A stretch of DNA of 60,352 nt from Patescibacteria group bacterium. GTDB lineage: Bacteria; Patescibacteriota; Patescibacteriia; Patescibacteriales; JAQTRU01. The position numbers and the translations under genes are program-made. Positions 60,273 to 60,352 of the stretch are shown piece by piece; the stretch's first letter is position 1; each line of letters opens with the position of its first letter. A model generated the notes under the pieces. That model searched no databases and was not told where the DNA came from. It was given only the letters and a program-made list of their open reading frames with translations. The DNA lies in contig JAQUPG010000009.1 of the NCBI GenBank assembly GCA_028716725.1, forward strand, positions 1 to 60,352. The letters are read 5' to 3'.

Positions 60273-60331
60273 AATATTTTTTTGAATGTCCCCGTCTTTG
60301 TCTTCCCTGCATAAGACTTCTAACGGGGTTC
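60220..60331 (-). repeat. Inverted-repeat-bounded cassette, copy E3 (contains the pilin start codon)
   Basis: In the gene orientation it reads ATATGAACCCCGTTAGAAGTC ... AAATATT-ATG ... ATTTCTAACGGGGTGAA. It shares ATATGAACCCCGTTAGAA with E2. Confidence 0.75.
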
Positions 60332-60352
60332 ATATGAATATTTTTAAATATA

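Overview
This 60.3-kb window is gene-dense and AT-rich. By inference from gene content, it comes from a reduced-genome bacterium of the Patescibacteria/CPR (Parcubacteria-like) type, read with the standard genetic code. Almost all genes are on the minus strand; the exceptions are a plus-strand block at about 22.3-28.6 kb and two tiny genes at 49.8-50.1 kb.

Recognisable content:
- A heat-shock regulon with a perfect CIRCE operator: hrcA, a Nudix-grpE fusion, hsp20, dnaK and dnaJ. It is interrupted by unrelated cassettes.
- Cell-envelope and division genes: PBP2, ftsEX, an RlpA/DD-carboxypeptidase fusion, an ftsB-like gene, ftsA and ftsZ.
- A class III ribonucleotide reductase operon, nrdR-nrdD-nrdG, with NrdR boxes.
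- A type IV pilus locus (pilD and two pilins) next to glycosylation genes.
- typA, the 5' part of alaS, a P-type ATPase, and three tRNAs (Gln, Gly, Thr).
- Visibly GC-richer genes: a fused leuCD plus a leuB-like gene, an IMPDH-like gene, and three monocistronic orphans.

Most notable unexplained signals:
1. A roughly 110-160-bp cassette bounded by inverted repeats occurs three times. Each copy contains the start codon and first residues of a host gene (PBP2, a pilin, an AbrB-like gene).
2. nrdD is interrupted by a 215-nt insertion flanked by a direct repeat, immediately before its glycyl-radical motif.
3. GC-rich hairpin elements are flanked by 17-20-bp duplications of their target, one inside the hrcA operator/promoter and one inside the alaS start.
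4. Intergenic-type repeat words are embedded in frame within pilD.
5. There are unusual domain fusions: Nudix-GrpE, and a solute-binding domain fused to a legumain C13 peptidase.
6. An AT-rich HNH-nuclease gene, bracketed by perfect 27-bp inverted repeats, splits the dnaK operon.

No CRISPR array, rRNA, transposase or integrase gene was seen.
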